From a virus (taxonomy: Duplodnaviria > Caudoviricetes), in the IMG/VR virus record IMGVR_UViG_3300032269_001670, positions 21,708 to 85,707 of that record: a DNA stretch of 64,000 nucleotides. One strand, written 5' to 3'. The position numbers were made by a program, and so were the translations under genes. This document shows, in pieces, positions 7,188 through 14,931 of the stretch (the stretch's first letter is position 1; every line of letters begins with the position of its first letter). The notes under the pieces are model-generated. The model had not been told where the DNA came from. It searched no databases and saw only the letters and a program-made list of their open reading frames with translations.

Positions 7188-7395
7188 GATGTCATATGGT
7201 CGCCCAATAAATCCGCTTGGTGTGTGCAATCATTGCGCAAGAGTTGGACGTGTCTGGGAGTATGGGGCGGACGAACCTGGTCAGCAAAAAAATATCTGCC
7301 ACGAGTGCATTGGCGCCGTGATTGAGCAGCCAAGTCCGCCAAAGAAAGACCGCAAGAGACGGTCTGGGGATTTGGGCGACCGGTCAGTCGATTAG
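7180..7395 (+). CDS. Zinc-ribbon protein (CNHC...CHEC)
   Basis: Start re-assigned to ATG 7180; last + gene, convergent with 7384. Confidence 0.65.
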   Translation: MPRMSYGRPINPLGVCNHCARVGRVWEYGADEPGQQKNICHECIGAVIEQPSPPKKDRKRRSGDLGDRSVD

Positions 7396-7821
7396 CCCAA
7401 GGCTGATTGATTGCTTTTGCACCGTCTTATAAAACTTTGATGCGTGCCTAAGAGCTCGTTTAGCAACGCCAATTGGCATGTATTCAGTGGCAAGCTTAAT
7501 GTATGTCTCTGCCCACTTTTTTGTGTGGTTCTCTTTTGTAATAATGTGCGCAAGCTCGTGTACGGCCGTATCGACGTCGTTGGCACATAGAGTTACCTCG
7601 CCAAAATCCGTTTCAGCCTCACCCATGGGGTGATGGTCGCCGTAGCTTGATCGACTTTTGGGTGGGTTGTGATAGTGCAGCCGGACAACCGTTAGGTTGA
7701 TTTTTCGGGACTCTGCAATGGCCGCAACGACGGTCAACGACTTTCGCCAGCGAGTAAGATCACGCTTGGGCATCTGGACGGGGATAACCAGCTCAAAAGG
7801 GAGATCTTCGTACCACGCCAC
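7384..7821 (-). CDS. HExxH zinc metallopeptidase-like protein (SprT/YgjP-like)
   Basis: VHELAH...NHTKKW; GTG 7821 directly follows the stop of the ParB-like gene. Confidence 0.7.
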   Translation of the reverse strand: MAWYEDLPFELVIPVQMPKRDLTRWRKSLTVVAAIAESRKINLTVVRLHYHNPPKSRSSYGDHHPMGEAETDFGEVTLCANDVDTAVHELAHIITKENHTKKWAETYIKLATEYMPIGVAKRALRHASKFYKTVQKQSISLGLID

Positions 7822-7822
7822 C

Positions 7823-8281
7823 TCATCGGCCCTTCTTTCGCTTTGAACCGCAGGTTGGGCATACATCGCCATCTTCGCCTTCGGTGTTATTGAGTTTGGC
7901 CAAGAGCTTCTGAATATCGTCCTGATCGAATGCCGTGTCGAGAAGGTAGTTCCCAGCATCTGCTTCCTGGAGCAGCGCAAGCAGGGTATCATCGTTCCAG
8001 CTTGCCAGTTCTGCTGTCTTATTGTCCGCAAGAAGAATTGCCTTTGCCCGCTCATCGTCGCAGTCCGCCCAGAAGACCGGGACCTCTTTGATGCCGCAAA
8101 TCCGAGCGGCCTGTACGCGATGATTCCCAGCAAGGATGTAACCGGTCGATTTCTGAGCCACGACCGCGCCAAACCACCCGTTCTTCTTGATGCTTGTAAC
8201 AATCGCGCCAATATCCCCTTCACGAGGATTATCCGGGTGAAGGATGAGATCGTCGATATTTTCTGTGCTGACTTCTGGCAT
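7823..8281 (-). CDS. ParB/Srx-like N-terminal domain protein with C-terminal CPTCG
   Basis: LHPDNPR...IKKNGWFGAVV...ILAGNHRVQAA; SD GGGGGG before ATG 8281. Confidence 0.85.
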   Translation of the reverse strand: MPEVSTENIDDLILHPDNPREGDIGAIVTSIKKNGWFGAVVAQKSTGYILAGNHRVQAARICGIKEVPVFWADCDDERAKAILLADNKTAELASWNDDTLLALLQEADAGNYLLDTAFDQDDIQKLLAKLNNTEGEDGDVCPTCGSKRKKGR

Positions 8282-8445
8282 GGTTCCCCCCTGATATGAT
8301 ATGCTCATGGTAGGCAATGGCCTTACTTGTGAGAATAGCCTATACTCGTCTTGGAAACAAGCGCCGGCAATGCTGGCGAGGAGGTAGTTAAATGTCTAGT
8401 AGACACGTGTCTAGCTCGCTGCTACCGTACCCGGAGGAGGCTCGC

Positions 8446-9153
8446 ATGAAGCTACTGGCACGCAGAGCTCACCGACGATTGTGGACAGTGCTCGTCGCGC
8501 TGGCCGTAGCGGGAGCACTCCTCGTCGCCCCCGCGCCTAGCGTGGAGACGGCTACTGCTCCGGGTGTCCAGTACTATGATTACCCGAAAACCCCCAATGT
8601 TGACGTAGCGTTTAACCGCGCCTATTGGGCCCCTGCTCAAAAAATGATTGGCTTTGGCACAACCTACGATGCCTATCGGCACGCAAGGTCCTGGTACGAT
8701 AACCCCAAAACCTGGGTTTCTGTAGATCCCAATAACAAGCAGCTTACAAAGGCCAAGTGCCTGCAGAATCCAAGCTGGGACTGCTACTACCGCAACATGG
8801 GAAGCTGGAGCAAATTGGTTCGCCCATGGAATGGCCTTAAGTACGTTGGAAATATGTACGCTGCCATTGGCCCCGTTCTCCGAAAACGGATTGCCGAACA
8901 GATGCCCCTTTGGCATCAGATTCCCAGCAACAAGCTTTTGATCACGTCCCTAGTGACCCACAAGTCGGTTGAGGTGTGGATTGTTGACTTCTGTGACTGC
9001 CGCCAGAGCCACCCAAGTGGACCTGCGTCAGCGTGGTCTCTGGTAGACTTGTCACCGCAGGTGTGGGCAGCTTTGGGGGCCTATAAAAACGGCCACAGCG
9101 GCTCTAATATTAAAGGATGGAAAAACACAATTGAAGTACGGTTTTTGCCGTAA
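8446..9153 (+). CDS. Secreted protein with C-terminal RlpA/expansin-like double-psi beta-barrel
   Basis: Signal peptide; VEVWIVDFC...LVDLSPQVWAAL resembles the DPBB motif; SD GGAGGAGG. Confidence 0.65.
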   Translation: MKLLARRAHRRLWTVLVALAVAGALLVAPAPSVETATAPGVQYYDYPKTPNVDVAFNRAYWAPAQKMIGFGTTYDAYRHARSWYDNPKTWVSVDPNNKQLTKAKCLQNPSWDCYYRNMGSWSKLVRPWNGLKYVGNMYAAIGPVLRKRIAEQMPLWHQIPSNKLLITSLVTHKSVEVWIVDFCDCRQSHPSGPASAWSLVDLSPQVWAALGAYKNGHSGSNIKGWKNTIEVRFLP

Positions 9154-9162
9154 GGAGGAGTA

Positions 9163-9522
9163 ATGGGCCCAGAACTTGTGTACTTGCTTTCACAGATCCG
9201 CGTTGGCCGAGAAAACGCAGTTACCTACAAAGAGCTTTCCAAGAAAACTATGTGGAACAGCCGGGCTATTCAAATGGCTGTTGAGGAGCTTAGGAATGTC
9301 TGGGAACAGCCGATCTGCTCCGCGTCCGATAGCCCTGCAGGAATTTATATTGCTACCAGTTCAGAGGAGCTGGATACGTGGGCAAACATGCAGCGGGAGC
9401 GCGCCCGGAGCCTTCTTCGCTCCTCATGGGCCATCCGAAAGATTGCCAAGAAGTGGAAGGTTCAGGAAGACCAGGCCAGAAGGGACAATGCAGTACCCGG
9501 AGAGGTAACCCTCGGCCTATAA
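9163..9522 (+). CDS. Winged-helix DNA-binding protein
   Basis: GRENAVTYKEL...RAIQMAVEELR...GIYIATSSEEL; SD AAGGAGG. Confidence 0.75.
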   Translation: MGPELVYLLSQIRVGRENAVTYKELSKKTMWNSRAIQMAVEELRNVWEQPICSASDSPAGIYIATSSEELDTWANMQRERARSLLRSSWAIRKIAKKWKVQEDQARRDNAVPGEVTLGL

Positions 9523-9524
9523 TC

Positions 9525-9533
9525 TGGTATAGT
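9525..9533 (+). promoter_or_regulatory. Extended -10 promoter TGGTATAGT driving the tRNA-like RNA
   Basis: The same 9-mer occurs at 13291; G9539 lies 5 nt downstream. Confidence 0.65.
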
Positions 9534-9538
9534 CTAAC

Positions 9539-9610
9539 GGGGCCGCGTATACGCCAAAGGTCATCATGCCTGAGGGTAACGGCGGGTGAAACTCCCGCCC
9601 GGCTCCACCA
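9539..9610 (+). ncRNA. 72-nt tRNA-like RNA with tmRNA/Ala acceptor-T module and no anticodon arm
   Basis: GGGGCCG/CGGCTCC acceptor stem with G3.U70, A73 and encoded CCA; T-arm GGCGGG-TGAAACT-CCCGCC. Confidence 0.8.
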
Positions 9611-9620
9611 AAGGAGAATT

Positions 9621-9842
9621 ATGCCAACATACGACTATAAGTGCGAAAAGTGCGACATCACCCGGGAGACTGTTCGCAAGATGAGCGACGACTCTAAGGA
9701 GCTCTGCTTGGTATGCAATGGCGAGATGCGCGTTGTGTTTAACGCCCCAAAGATTACTTACAGAGGATCAGGTTGGGCATTCCAAGAAAAGATTCCCCAG
9801 GAAACGCACTTGGTTATTGGATCTGACTCAAAGAAGTCCTGA
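9621..9842 (+). CDS. FmdB-family zinc-ribbon protein
   Basis: MPTYDYKCEKC...CLVC...FNAPKITYRGSGW; SD AAGGAG. Confidence 0.9.
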   Translation: MPTYDYKCEKCDITRETVRKMSDDSKELCLVCNGEMRVVFNAPKITYRGSGWAFQEKIPQETHLVIGSDSKKS

Positions 9843-10170
9843 GCTGACGGGACATATCCCGAATTGCTTTTCCCGGAGTTTCGCCGCGTCCAACAATTGA
9901 CGCAACATCTGGGAGTAAGTCGAGCGGCATAATTTCAGCAACCCAATGTGGTTCCTTGTCGTTGCTGTAATTCCACCAAAAAATCTGCATTGACGGAAGC
10001 TCAACCCTCTTGCCAACCGATTGCTCAAAATCTCGCCATGCGCATTGCATGCAATCGTCGGGATCAACCGGAAGGCCATAAGACTTCAATCCGTCTGGTG
10101 TTTGGATGAGTGCCGATAAGTGGAGACACTCTGTCTTTTCGCTTACCAGTTTTAGCTCTTTTGAATCCAT
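9814..10170 (-). CDS. Hypothetical protein with HicB-like C-terminal segment
   Basis: WVAEI..LPDVASIVGRGETPGKAIRDM resembles the HicB RNase-H-like fold; SD GTAGGAG. Confidence 0.6.
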   Translation of the reverse strand: MDSKELKLVSEKTECLHLSALIQTPDGLKSYGLPVDPDDCMQCAWRDFEQSVGKRVELPSMQIFWWNYSNDKEPHWVAEIMPLDLLPDVASIVGRGETPGKAIRDMSRQLRTSLSQIQ

Positions 10171-10180
10171 CAAACTCCTA

Positions 10181-10227
10181 CCCCGTATACCCTGCCCCCG
10201 TCGCCCGTCATCCCCGCCATCCCCCCC
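10181..10227 (-). promoter_or_regulatory. G-quadruplex-forming tract in a 5' UTR
   Basis: Minus strand reads G7-ATGGC-G4-ATGAC-G3-CGAC-G5-CA-G3-TATAC-G4, abutting the SD. Confidence 0.6.
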
Positions 10228-10242
10228 AGGTCTGGATTGCGC

Positions 10243-10272
10243 ATCCTAGCACACCAAAATCCGAAGTGCCAA
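10243..10272 (-). promoter_or_regulatory. Promoter TTGGCA-18-TAGGAT (extended TG)
   Basis: Read on the minus strand upstream of the G-tract leader. Confidence 0.55.
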
Positions 10273-10444
10273 CTGCTTTGTGGTTCTGCGCCGCGCCCCA
10301 ATTTTAAGCACAAAATCGCCCCAATTTTCTAAACCAAAGTATTAACAACATACTCATACCCCGGAACCCTCGCCGCCCGGAGCCCTGAGTCCCCCCATCC
10401 CCCCCTCTCCTTAAAGGTTCTCCCCCCCTTCCCCCAAAAACAAG

Positions 10445-10473
10445 TTGGCACGTCAAAAGTTTTCGTGTATGAT
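10445..10473 (+). promoter_or_regulatory. Promoter TTGGCA-17-TATGAT, leaderless start at 10480
   Basis: ATG 6 nt after the -10; no SD. Confidence 0.65.
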
Positions 10474-10479
10474 CCCGGC

Positions 10480-11295
10480 ATGGCCAAAAATAAATTCCAA
10501 AAGCAGCAACCAGAGGCGAAGCCTGCCCCCCAGGGATCGCCAATTTCACTATTTTCGATCACACCCATCATTGACGGGAACGTAAATCATGGATACGTGC
10601 ATTCACTTTTAGGGATTCAGCAGGCCTGCATGTCGGTCGGCATCCCATTTTCCTGGTCGTTTGTCATCGGCAACTCGATGCTGGTTGCAGCTCGAAACCG
10701 GTGTGTGGCCCAGTTCATGAGCAGTACAAAGGCGACGCATATGCTGTTCCTTGACGCAGATATTTCCGTGCGTTGGGAAGACGTTATGGTAGCTGTCGTT
10801 GCCGACAAAGATGTTGTTGCCCTTCCCTGCCTTAAACGGGCTATCGATTGGGACCGAAGCGTCGGCATGATGAGAAAACATCCAGAAGTTCCTGGACGCG
10901 CAATTGAATCGGTGATGGGCATGCCTAATTTTATTTTGGACAAAAATGCTCCCGGCCCAAGTAAAGAAGATGAAGAATTTGGGATTATGGAAGCAACGCA
11001 TGCCGGAACCGGAGCGATGATTATTGCGCGCCGTACATTTGAGAAGTATCAGAAAGCTTACCCGGACCGCTGGTACATGGAGGATGTTGCCGGCGTGACG
11101 CATCGGACCGTTGAGTATTTCCGCTATGGGCGCAGAGACAATCATTTCATTGGGGAGGATTACACGTTCTGCGACGACGTACGAGCTATGGGCGGAAAGA
11201 TTCACGTTAAGGTTGACGGGCGATCAACTCATGTTGGGCAAGTAAACCTGCGTTATGATTTGGCTGCGCTTAAAGCGCTTGCATCGGAGGCGTAA
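10480..11295 (+). CDS. GT-A fold glycosyltransferase-like protein
   Basis: ITP...GNS.L..ARN; MLFLDADI (DxD); GEDYTFC. Confidence 0.8.
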   Translation: MAKNKFQKQQPEAKPAPQGSPISLFSITPIIDGNVNHGYVHSLLGIQQACMSVGIPFSWSFVIGNSMLVAARNRCVAQFMSSTKATHMLFLDADISVRWEDVMVAVVADKDVVALPCLKRAIDWDRSVGMMRKHPEVPGRAIESVMGMPNFILDKNAPGPSKEDEEFGIMEATHAGTGAMIIARRTFEKYQKAYPDRWYMEDVAGVTHRTVEYFRYGRRDNHFIGEDYTFCDDVRAMGGKIHVKVDGRSTHVGQVNLRYDLAALKALASEA

Positions 11296-11501
11296 TGGAA
11301 ATTATCATCGCGTTTTCAATTGGTTTATTTTTGGGGATTGGAGTTGGCGGATCGTTAATGTCTGGAAAAATTGCAGACGCCAAGCACGAGGGATGGCAAA
11401 GCGGCATGAACGACTTTGCCCAATTGCTGTCGGTCATGAAGCAGGAACAAGAAAAGATTGACGCCGAAAAGGCCCCGGTATTTGGGAAAAAGGTAAACTG
11501 A
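11295..11501 (+). CDS. Small single-TM protein
   Basis: TAATG and TGATG coupling; hydrophobic N-terminus. Confidence 0.7.
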   Translation: MEIIIAFSIGLFLGIGVGGSLMSGKIADAKHEGWQSGMNDFAQLLSVMKQEQEKIDAEKAPVFGKKVN

Positions 11502-12298
11502 TGGCAGAAAAAAAATCTCCTAAAGTTTTTCTTGTCACGCCAACACTTGATGGAAAAGTGACTGCGGAATACGCGCTGGCAGCAACGCAGCTGCAGTCTG
11601 TGTTGTATTCTCACGGCATTAACTTTCAGCTGCATCTTAACATTGGAAATTCATTGCTCGCTTCGGCAAGAAACAAACTTGCTGACGATTTTTTGTCCAG
11701 CAATGCAGACTATCTTCTGATGGTTGACTCAGACATTGCATACCGAGCTCAAGATGTAGTTGCAGCGTTGCCACACCTCGACGACGCTATTGTTGCCTTC
11801 CCTTGTTCAAAAAAGTTTACAAACTGGGATCGAGTTGCAAAAACTGTGCGCAACAACCCAGACTTTCCTGCGCAGGCAATTTCGGCAATTATGGGTGATG
11901 CAAATTTTCACTTGGGGGAAAGCGATTACCTTCGACCAAACGAGCACGGTTTAGCAAAGGTAAAGTGGATTGGTACGGGCATCATGATGACGTCGCGCAA
12001 AGCTCTGGAAAAGATTATTGCTGCCGAACCAGAGAATAAAACAATGGCCCACAACAAAGTGATTTATGAATTTTTTAGATACGACATGGAGTGGGAGGAA
12101 AAAGACGGCGTGAAGTACAAGGGGTATTCCGGAGAGGATGTTTCGTTCTGCGTGATGGCCAGAAATGCCGGGGTAGAGGTCTACGCCAAGCTCGATGCGC
12201 TTACAACGCACTCAGGATTCATGACGTATCGATTTGACGCAACAGCAGTGGCTAAAATCAAAAAGATTCCCGATGACATCAAGAGGCTAGGGACGTAA
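11501..12298 (+). CDS. GT-A fold glycosyltransferase-like protein, paralog of 10480..11295
   Basis: VTP...GNSLLASARN; LLMVDSDI; GEDVSFC. Confidence 0.8.
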   Translation: MAEKKSPKVFLVTPTLDGKVTAEYALAATQLQSVLYSHGINFQLHLNIGNSLLASARNKLADDFLSSNADYLLMVDSDIAYRAQDVVAALPHLDDAIVAFPCSKKFTNWDRVAKTVRNNPDFPAQAISAIMGDANFHLGESDYLRPNEHGLAKVKWIGTGIMMTSRKALEKIIAAEPENKTMAHNKVIYEFFRYDMEWEEKDGVKYKGYSGEDVSFCVMARNAGVEVYAKLDALTTHSGFMTYRFDATAVAKIKKIPDDIKRLGT

Positions 12299-12725
12299 GC
12301 CTAGATTCTTTTAACGGGTAGGCATACACCAACCAGTTTGATCTGATCTCTCGCCCCGGAAGATTCTCGTCCTCCACAACCGGCACGTAAGCCAAAACGT
12401 GTTCAAGCTTGGAAAATGACCGCAAAGTGCTGTGGGCGGTCTCTTTCGTGCAAGACACTACTTCATCAGGCTTGGGAATAAATCCAAGCTCAATTAGGCC
12501 ACGAAGCGTGTGAGACGCCGGGTCGCCAAAGTCAAGGACAACCACGTATGGCTCAGGAAGGATGACAGTTGTGAACTCTTCTTCAGCCCGGATGCCCAGG
12601 TTGTGCAGGATAAACGAGACGCGCTGCTTGCTGATACCGAACATGCGACCGATTTCGTTTGCCGTGTAGCCATCGAGAAACAGCTCGCCGATTTCTTGGT
12701 TCCTTTGATGTTTGACATTAGGCAC
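12279..12725 (-). CDS. HTH DNA-binding protein
   Basis: RNQEIGELFLDGYTANEIGRMFGISKQRVSFIL. Confidence 0.75.
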   Translation of the reverse strand: MPNVKHQRNQEIGELFLDGYTANEIGRMFGISKQRVSFILHNLGIRAEEEFTTVILPEPYVVVLDFGDPASHTLRGLIELGFIPKPDEVVSCTKETAHSTLRSFSKLEHVLAYVPVVEDENLPGREIRSNWLVYAYPLKESRLTSLAS

Positions 12726-12885
12726 AGTCCGAGCACTCCTCTACGCTAGATTCATGGATTTCACAGATCATGAACAAGGTAGAGCAACTGGTGCATACAG
12801 TTTCGACAAGGCTAAACGAACACTCCTCTGTACAGCCTTGTGGCTGTTCCCAGTCCAAAAACTCCAGGGGATAATCGCTCATCAT
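12718..12885 (-). CDS. 55-aa Cys-rich zinc-finger protein
   Basis: Not in the track; CxxxC, CxxC, CxxH, CxxC; ATGA overlap with the upstream gene. Confidence 0.7.
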   Translation of the reverse strand: MMSDYPLEFLDWEQPQGCTEECSFSLVETVCTSCSTLFMICEIHESSVEECSDCA

Positions 12886-13073
12886 TTCACCGGGCAAGTC
12901 TTGTGGCGGTGAGAAAATCGCTTTGCTGACGCGCCACTGTTGGCAATGGAAACCTTCAGCACAGTAGAAATTTGATCAGAACGCATCGTTTGGCCGCATG
13001 CAGTGCACTTTCGCGCAGTCATAACCGGAGCTTTTTTCTCCTTGCTAACCGCAGTTTTTCCTTTAGGTGCCAT
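12882..13073 (-). CDS. Small basic zinc-finger protein (CTAC...HKTC)
   Basis: SD GGAGGG; downstream of a structured leader. Confidence 0.75.
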   Translation of the reverse strand: MAPKGKTAVSKEKKAPVMTARKCTACGQTMRSDQISTVLKVSIANSGASAKRFSHRHKTCPVK

Positions 13074-13088
13074 GTTCCCTCCAATGTT

Positions 13089-13233
13089 GGCGGGGGGCCA
13101 CCGTTGGCCCGGCAGCTCGTCCGTCGACGTGCCTTGGCCATCCAGCGTAACCCTCCGACGGGCTCTTTACCCCCCGCCTCAGCTGCGGTATAACGCCACA
13201 GCGCGCCGCGCCACGTTCGGAAGGTGGCGCAGC
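13089..13233 (-). ncRNA. Highly structured GC-rich 5' leader RNA
   Basis: 9-bp stem 13170-78/13089-97 enclosing two helices, plus upstream hairpins; promoter TTGACC-18-TACTTT at 13237-13266. Confidence 0.55.
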
Positions 13234-13290
13234 ATTAAAGTATTAGATTGTTACCCGCAAGGTCAATCTCACACGAATCTACAAACTGTG

Positions 13291-13299
13291 TGGTATAGT
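13291..13299 (+). promoter_or_regulatory. Extended -10 TGGTATAGT, leaderless start at 13306
   Basis: ATG 6 nt downstream; no SD. Confidence 0.6.
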
Positions 13300-13305
13300 C
13301 GTTTT

Positions 13306-13527
13306 ATGGAAATGAATATTCCGCCAAGTCCGCGAGCTGCGGCAATCTGGTACCTTTGGTCTTCGTCCTTTGCGGTCTCCATTGTGTATGCTCCACGCTG
13401 GCCAGATGATGCCGTGCCATATGCGGTGCAGTTCCCAAAGAACTACGATACCGGCGATTTTGTCCGCCTGGACGAACGCGAGGCCCAATGGTTGATTGAC
13501 CAGAAAGTGAAGGTTCAACATGACTAA
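13306..13527 (+). CDS. Hypothetical protein
   Basis: Start re-assigned to ATG 13306; coupled to the GT2 gene. Confidence 0.6.
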   Translation: MEMNIPPSPRAAAIWYLWSSSFAVSIVYAPRWPDDAVPYAVQFPKNYDTGDFVRLDEREAQWLIDQKVKVQHD

Positions 13528-14191
13528 AAGGAATCTGCTTATCGTGCCTACAAGAAACCGACCGGAGAAGGCCTTGGAGCTCCTGCAAGAATTCAACAAC
13601 ACAGCGGAAGACTCCGACATTATTTTTGGTCTTGACGATGACGATACCAGTAACTACGCACCTGAGGTTCGAGAGAAAGCAGTAATCAATCCCCGGTTGC
13701 GAATGTGCGGCACGCTCAACTTGATCGCTAACCAATATGCCAATAAGTACGAGTTCCTTTCGTTTATGGGCGACGACCATCGACCGCGCACCAATGGCTG
13801 GGATAACCGGCTGATGCTTGGCATTGGATCAAATCCTGGTGTTGCTTGGGGCAACGATCTCCTGCAGGGCGAGCGCCTCCCAACGGCGGTGCTGCTCTCG
13901 TCGTCAATTGTCCGCGCAATCGGCTATATGGCTCCGCCCGAGCTTGTACACATGTACATGGACAATTTCTGGCTGACGATTGGCAAAGGGCTCGGCAACG
14001 CTTTTTACGACGGAGATTGCATCATTGAACACATGCATTTTATTAACGGGAAAGCAGAGAGGGATGCCGGATACATTGAAGTAAATGCTCCCGAGGTGTT
14101 CATGAAAGATTCAGAGGCATATGGAAGGTATTTGACGGAGAGGCTCTTCTCCGATCTCGGAAAGATTCAGAACGTCGACCTCGAAGGATGA
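13520..14191 (+). CDS. Glycosyltransferase family 2-like protein
   Basis: LIVPTRNRP, FGLDDDD, FMGDDHRP. Confidence 0.85.
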   Translation: MTKRNLLIVPTRNRPEKALELLQEFNNTAEDSDIIFGLDDDDTSNYAPEVREKAVINPRLRMCGTLNLIANQYANKYEFLSFMGDDHRPRTNGWDNRLMLGIGSNPGVAWGNDLLQGERLPTAVLLSSSIVRAIGYMAPPELVHMYMDNFWLTIGKGLGNAFYDGDCIIEHMHFINGKAERDAGYIEVNAPEVFMKDSEAYGRYLTERLFSDLGKIQNVDLEG

Positions 14192-14931
14192 AACAAGTCA
14201 TCTCGTACAGCCTGTATGGTTCAGAGCAAAAATATCTAGTTGGCGCACTTAAAAATGTAGCGTTGGCACAAAAGATTTATCCAGAATATACCGTTCGTTT
14301 TTATGTTTCAGATGATGTCCCGCAATGGCTCATTGATACCCTTGAGCAATTTCAAAACGTAGAGATTAAAAATGCCCCACAAAATAATCGATGGTTTTCA
14401 TCTGCTTGGCGTTTTTTAGCTTTTGCTGACCCAGAAGTTGATCTTGTCTTGATTCGGGACGTAGATGCACGATTAACGGTTAGAGAGCGCCGAGCACACG
14501 ATGATTGGCTTGATAGCCAGCTGGACTTTCACGTCATGAAGGATCATCCAAACCACAAGCAACCTGTTACTGCCGGGATGTGGAGCGGGTGGGCAGACAA
14601 ATTGCGCAACATGTCGACGCTTATGGGCATGTTTATCCAGGAGCGTGGGGAGCAGCCGGCATACGGTGCAGACGAGCTGTTTGTCCGAGACAAGTTGGTG
14701 GAAAAGATTTTGCGAAGCTGCATGATGCACGACAGCTATTTTGAAACCGAGTTGAATCGCCCAAGCGTTAGAAAAAAGTTCCCTACAAAGCTTCAGAACC
14801 CGGCTAATCATGTCGGGGCGGCGCTAGATGAAAATGATTTCTTTCGGTACCCGACAGACGAGGGTCTGTCGGTACTGAATGGTGGAAGTGGTCGTTTTGA
14901 ATACGACCTTGATTTGTTGGAGGAGTACTAG
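14188..14931 (+). CDS. Putative nucleotide-sugar transferase (ISYSLYG...WRFLA...RDVDAR family)
   Basis: DxD-like RDVD; family recalled from glycosylation loci; context. Confidence 0.65.
   Translation: MKQVISYSLYGSEQKYLVGALKNVALAQKIYPEYTVRFYVSDDVPQWLIDTLEQFQNVEIKNAPQNNRWFSSAWRFLAFADPEVDLVLIRDVDARLTVRERRAHDDWLDSQLDFHVMKDHPNHKQPVTAGMWSGWADKLRNMSTLMGMFIQERGEQPAYGADELFVRDKLVEKILRSCMMHDSYFETELNRPSVRKKFPTKLQNPANHVGAALDENDFFRYPTDEGLSVLNGGSGRFEYDLDLLEEY

Noticed and set aside
7822-8223. 5' extension of the 279-aa ORF 7384..8223
   Set aside because: Overlaps the ParB-like gene in another frame; the peptidase plausibly starts at GTG 7821 right after the ParB stop.
9539-9610. Calling the element a standard tRNA-Ala or tRNA-His
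   Set aside because: No 5-bp anticodon stem with a U33 loop and no D-arm; total length and 7/6 geometry are non-canonical.
13089-13178. Twister, hammerhead or HDV ribozyme assignment
   Set aside because: UAA follows P1, but the remaining conserved core and pseudoknot pairings of these classes could not be placed; kept only as an unknown structure.
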